Below are positions 63,430 to 64,000 of a DNA stretch of 64,000 bases, piece after piece (position 1 is the stretch's first letter; every line of letters starts with the position of its first letter). The DNA comes from Amphiscolops sp. MND2022. Taxonomy: Eukaryota. The stretch lies in the NCBI GenBank assembly GCA_964187785.1, contig OZ076409.1, positions 88,538,001 through 88,602,000 on the forward strand, given 5' to 3'. The position numbers and the translations under genes are program-made. The notes below the pieces were generated by a model. The model was not told where the DNA came from. It searched no databases and saw only the letters and a program-made list of their open reading frames with translations.

Positions 63430-64000
63430 GAAATAGCAACTGTATCAAAATAACACAAACGACAGCCAATCAGGGTTTGTTGGTCAATAGTCCAATGTCT
63501 CTCTGTCGGTAGTCGTAAACTCTCCACTTTCGGTTGACGGTCATGCATGTCACATTCCCGCCTCCCTCCGGAGTGGTAAGAGTAGAGTATGGTGAGATTT
63601 TATGTAGGGCCGTATTACACAGATTTCTTTGTCTTCTTGCCGTATTCTACAGTAGCCTATTATATACTCTCCTTCGCTTGGCTCCTTGCCTTTTCCTGTG
63701 ATACATTTCAACTATTAGTCAGTTTCTTTCTATTATTATCGGTTTAGTATGGTACCCCACAAAGATTTTCCGTTTGTTTCGCAAAGAGTAATCATTTCTT
63801 TTTTCTAACCGGTCGTATCGGCTCTGTTATTTGATTTTCTCCGTTGGATACTCTTTGATCGGGATTTATATTGTCCTCTCTGCGGATGAGTTGGAGTTCG
63901 CCGTCTAGGTTGGTATGTACCGGTTTAACATCGGATTTGTTGTCGGAAACAATGCTGAGGTTTAGCTCGAACTCCTTCTCTGCATTCTTATTTGACGCCA
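63430..64000 (-). mobile_element. 3' end of Gypsy pol relic (runs off the window)
   Basis: KPVHTNLDGELQLI...FAKQTENLCGVPYHT is similar to the 48592-48900 peptide KPIHTSLEDELQLL...YAKQTKKLGGIPYYT. Confidence 0.65.

Overview
AT-rich, repeat-dense animal (metazoan) genomic DNA with GT-AG introns. Host genes: a complete 9-exon V-ATPase V1 subunit H gene (20991-24285, +, about 470 aa), a C3HC4 RING gene (about 51.4-52.4 kb, -), a 4-exon coiled-coil hypothetical gene (53411-62566, -) and an orphan terminal exon (29106-29316, -). The rest is mostly transposable elements: decayed LINEs, CRE-like RLE retrotransposons, decayed Gypsy elements, Helentron/HINE-like elements, a Tc1/mariner MITE and a deleted hAT element. 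The highlight is a young 15.6-kb Gypsy LTR retrotransposon (29759-45334, -) with 1572-bp near-identical LTRs and an ATGTG TSD. Its gag starts 550 nt inside the LTR. It carries about 6.2 kb of cargo after pol: an antisense, intron-containing gene of about 1209 aa with a BED-type zinc finger and an apparently catalytically dead hAT-transposase-like body, and a sense ORF of about 280 aa that runs through the PPT into the 3' LTR. The 9-19.5 kb region is a patchwork of locally copied retroelement fragments that was later tandemly duplicated. All translations, alignments and mismatch counts were done by eye; no database searches were run.
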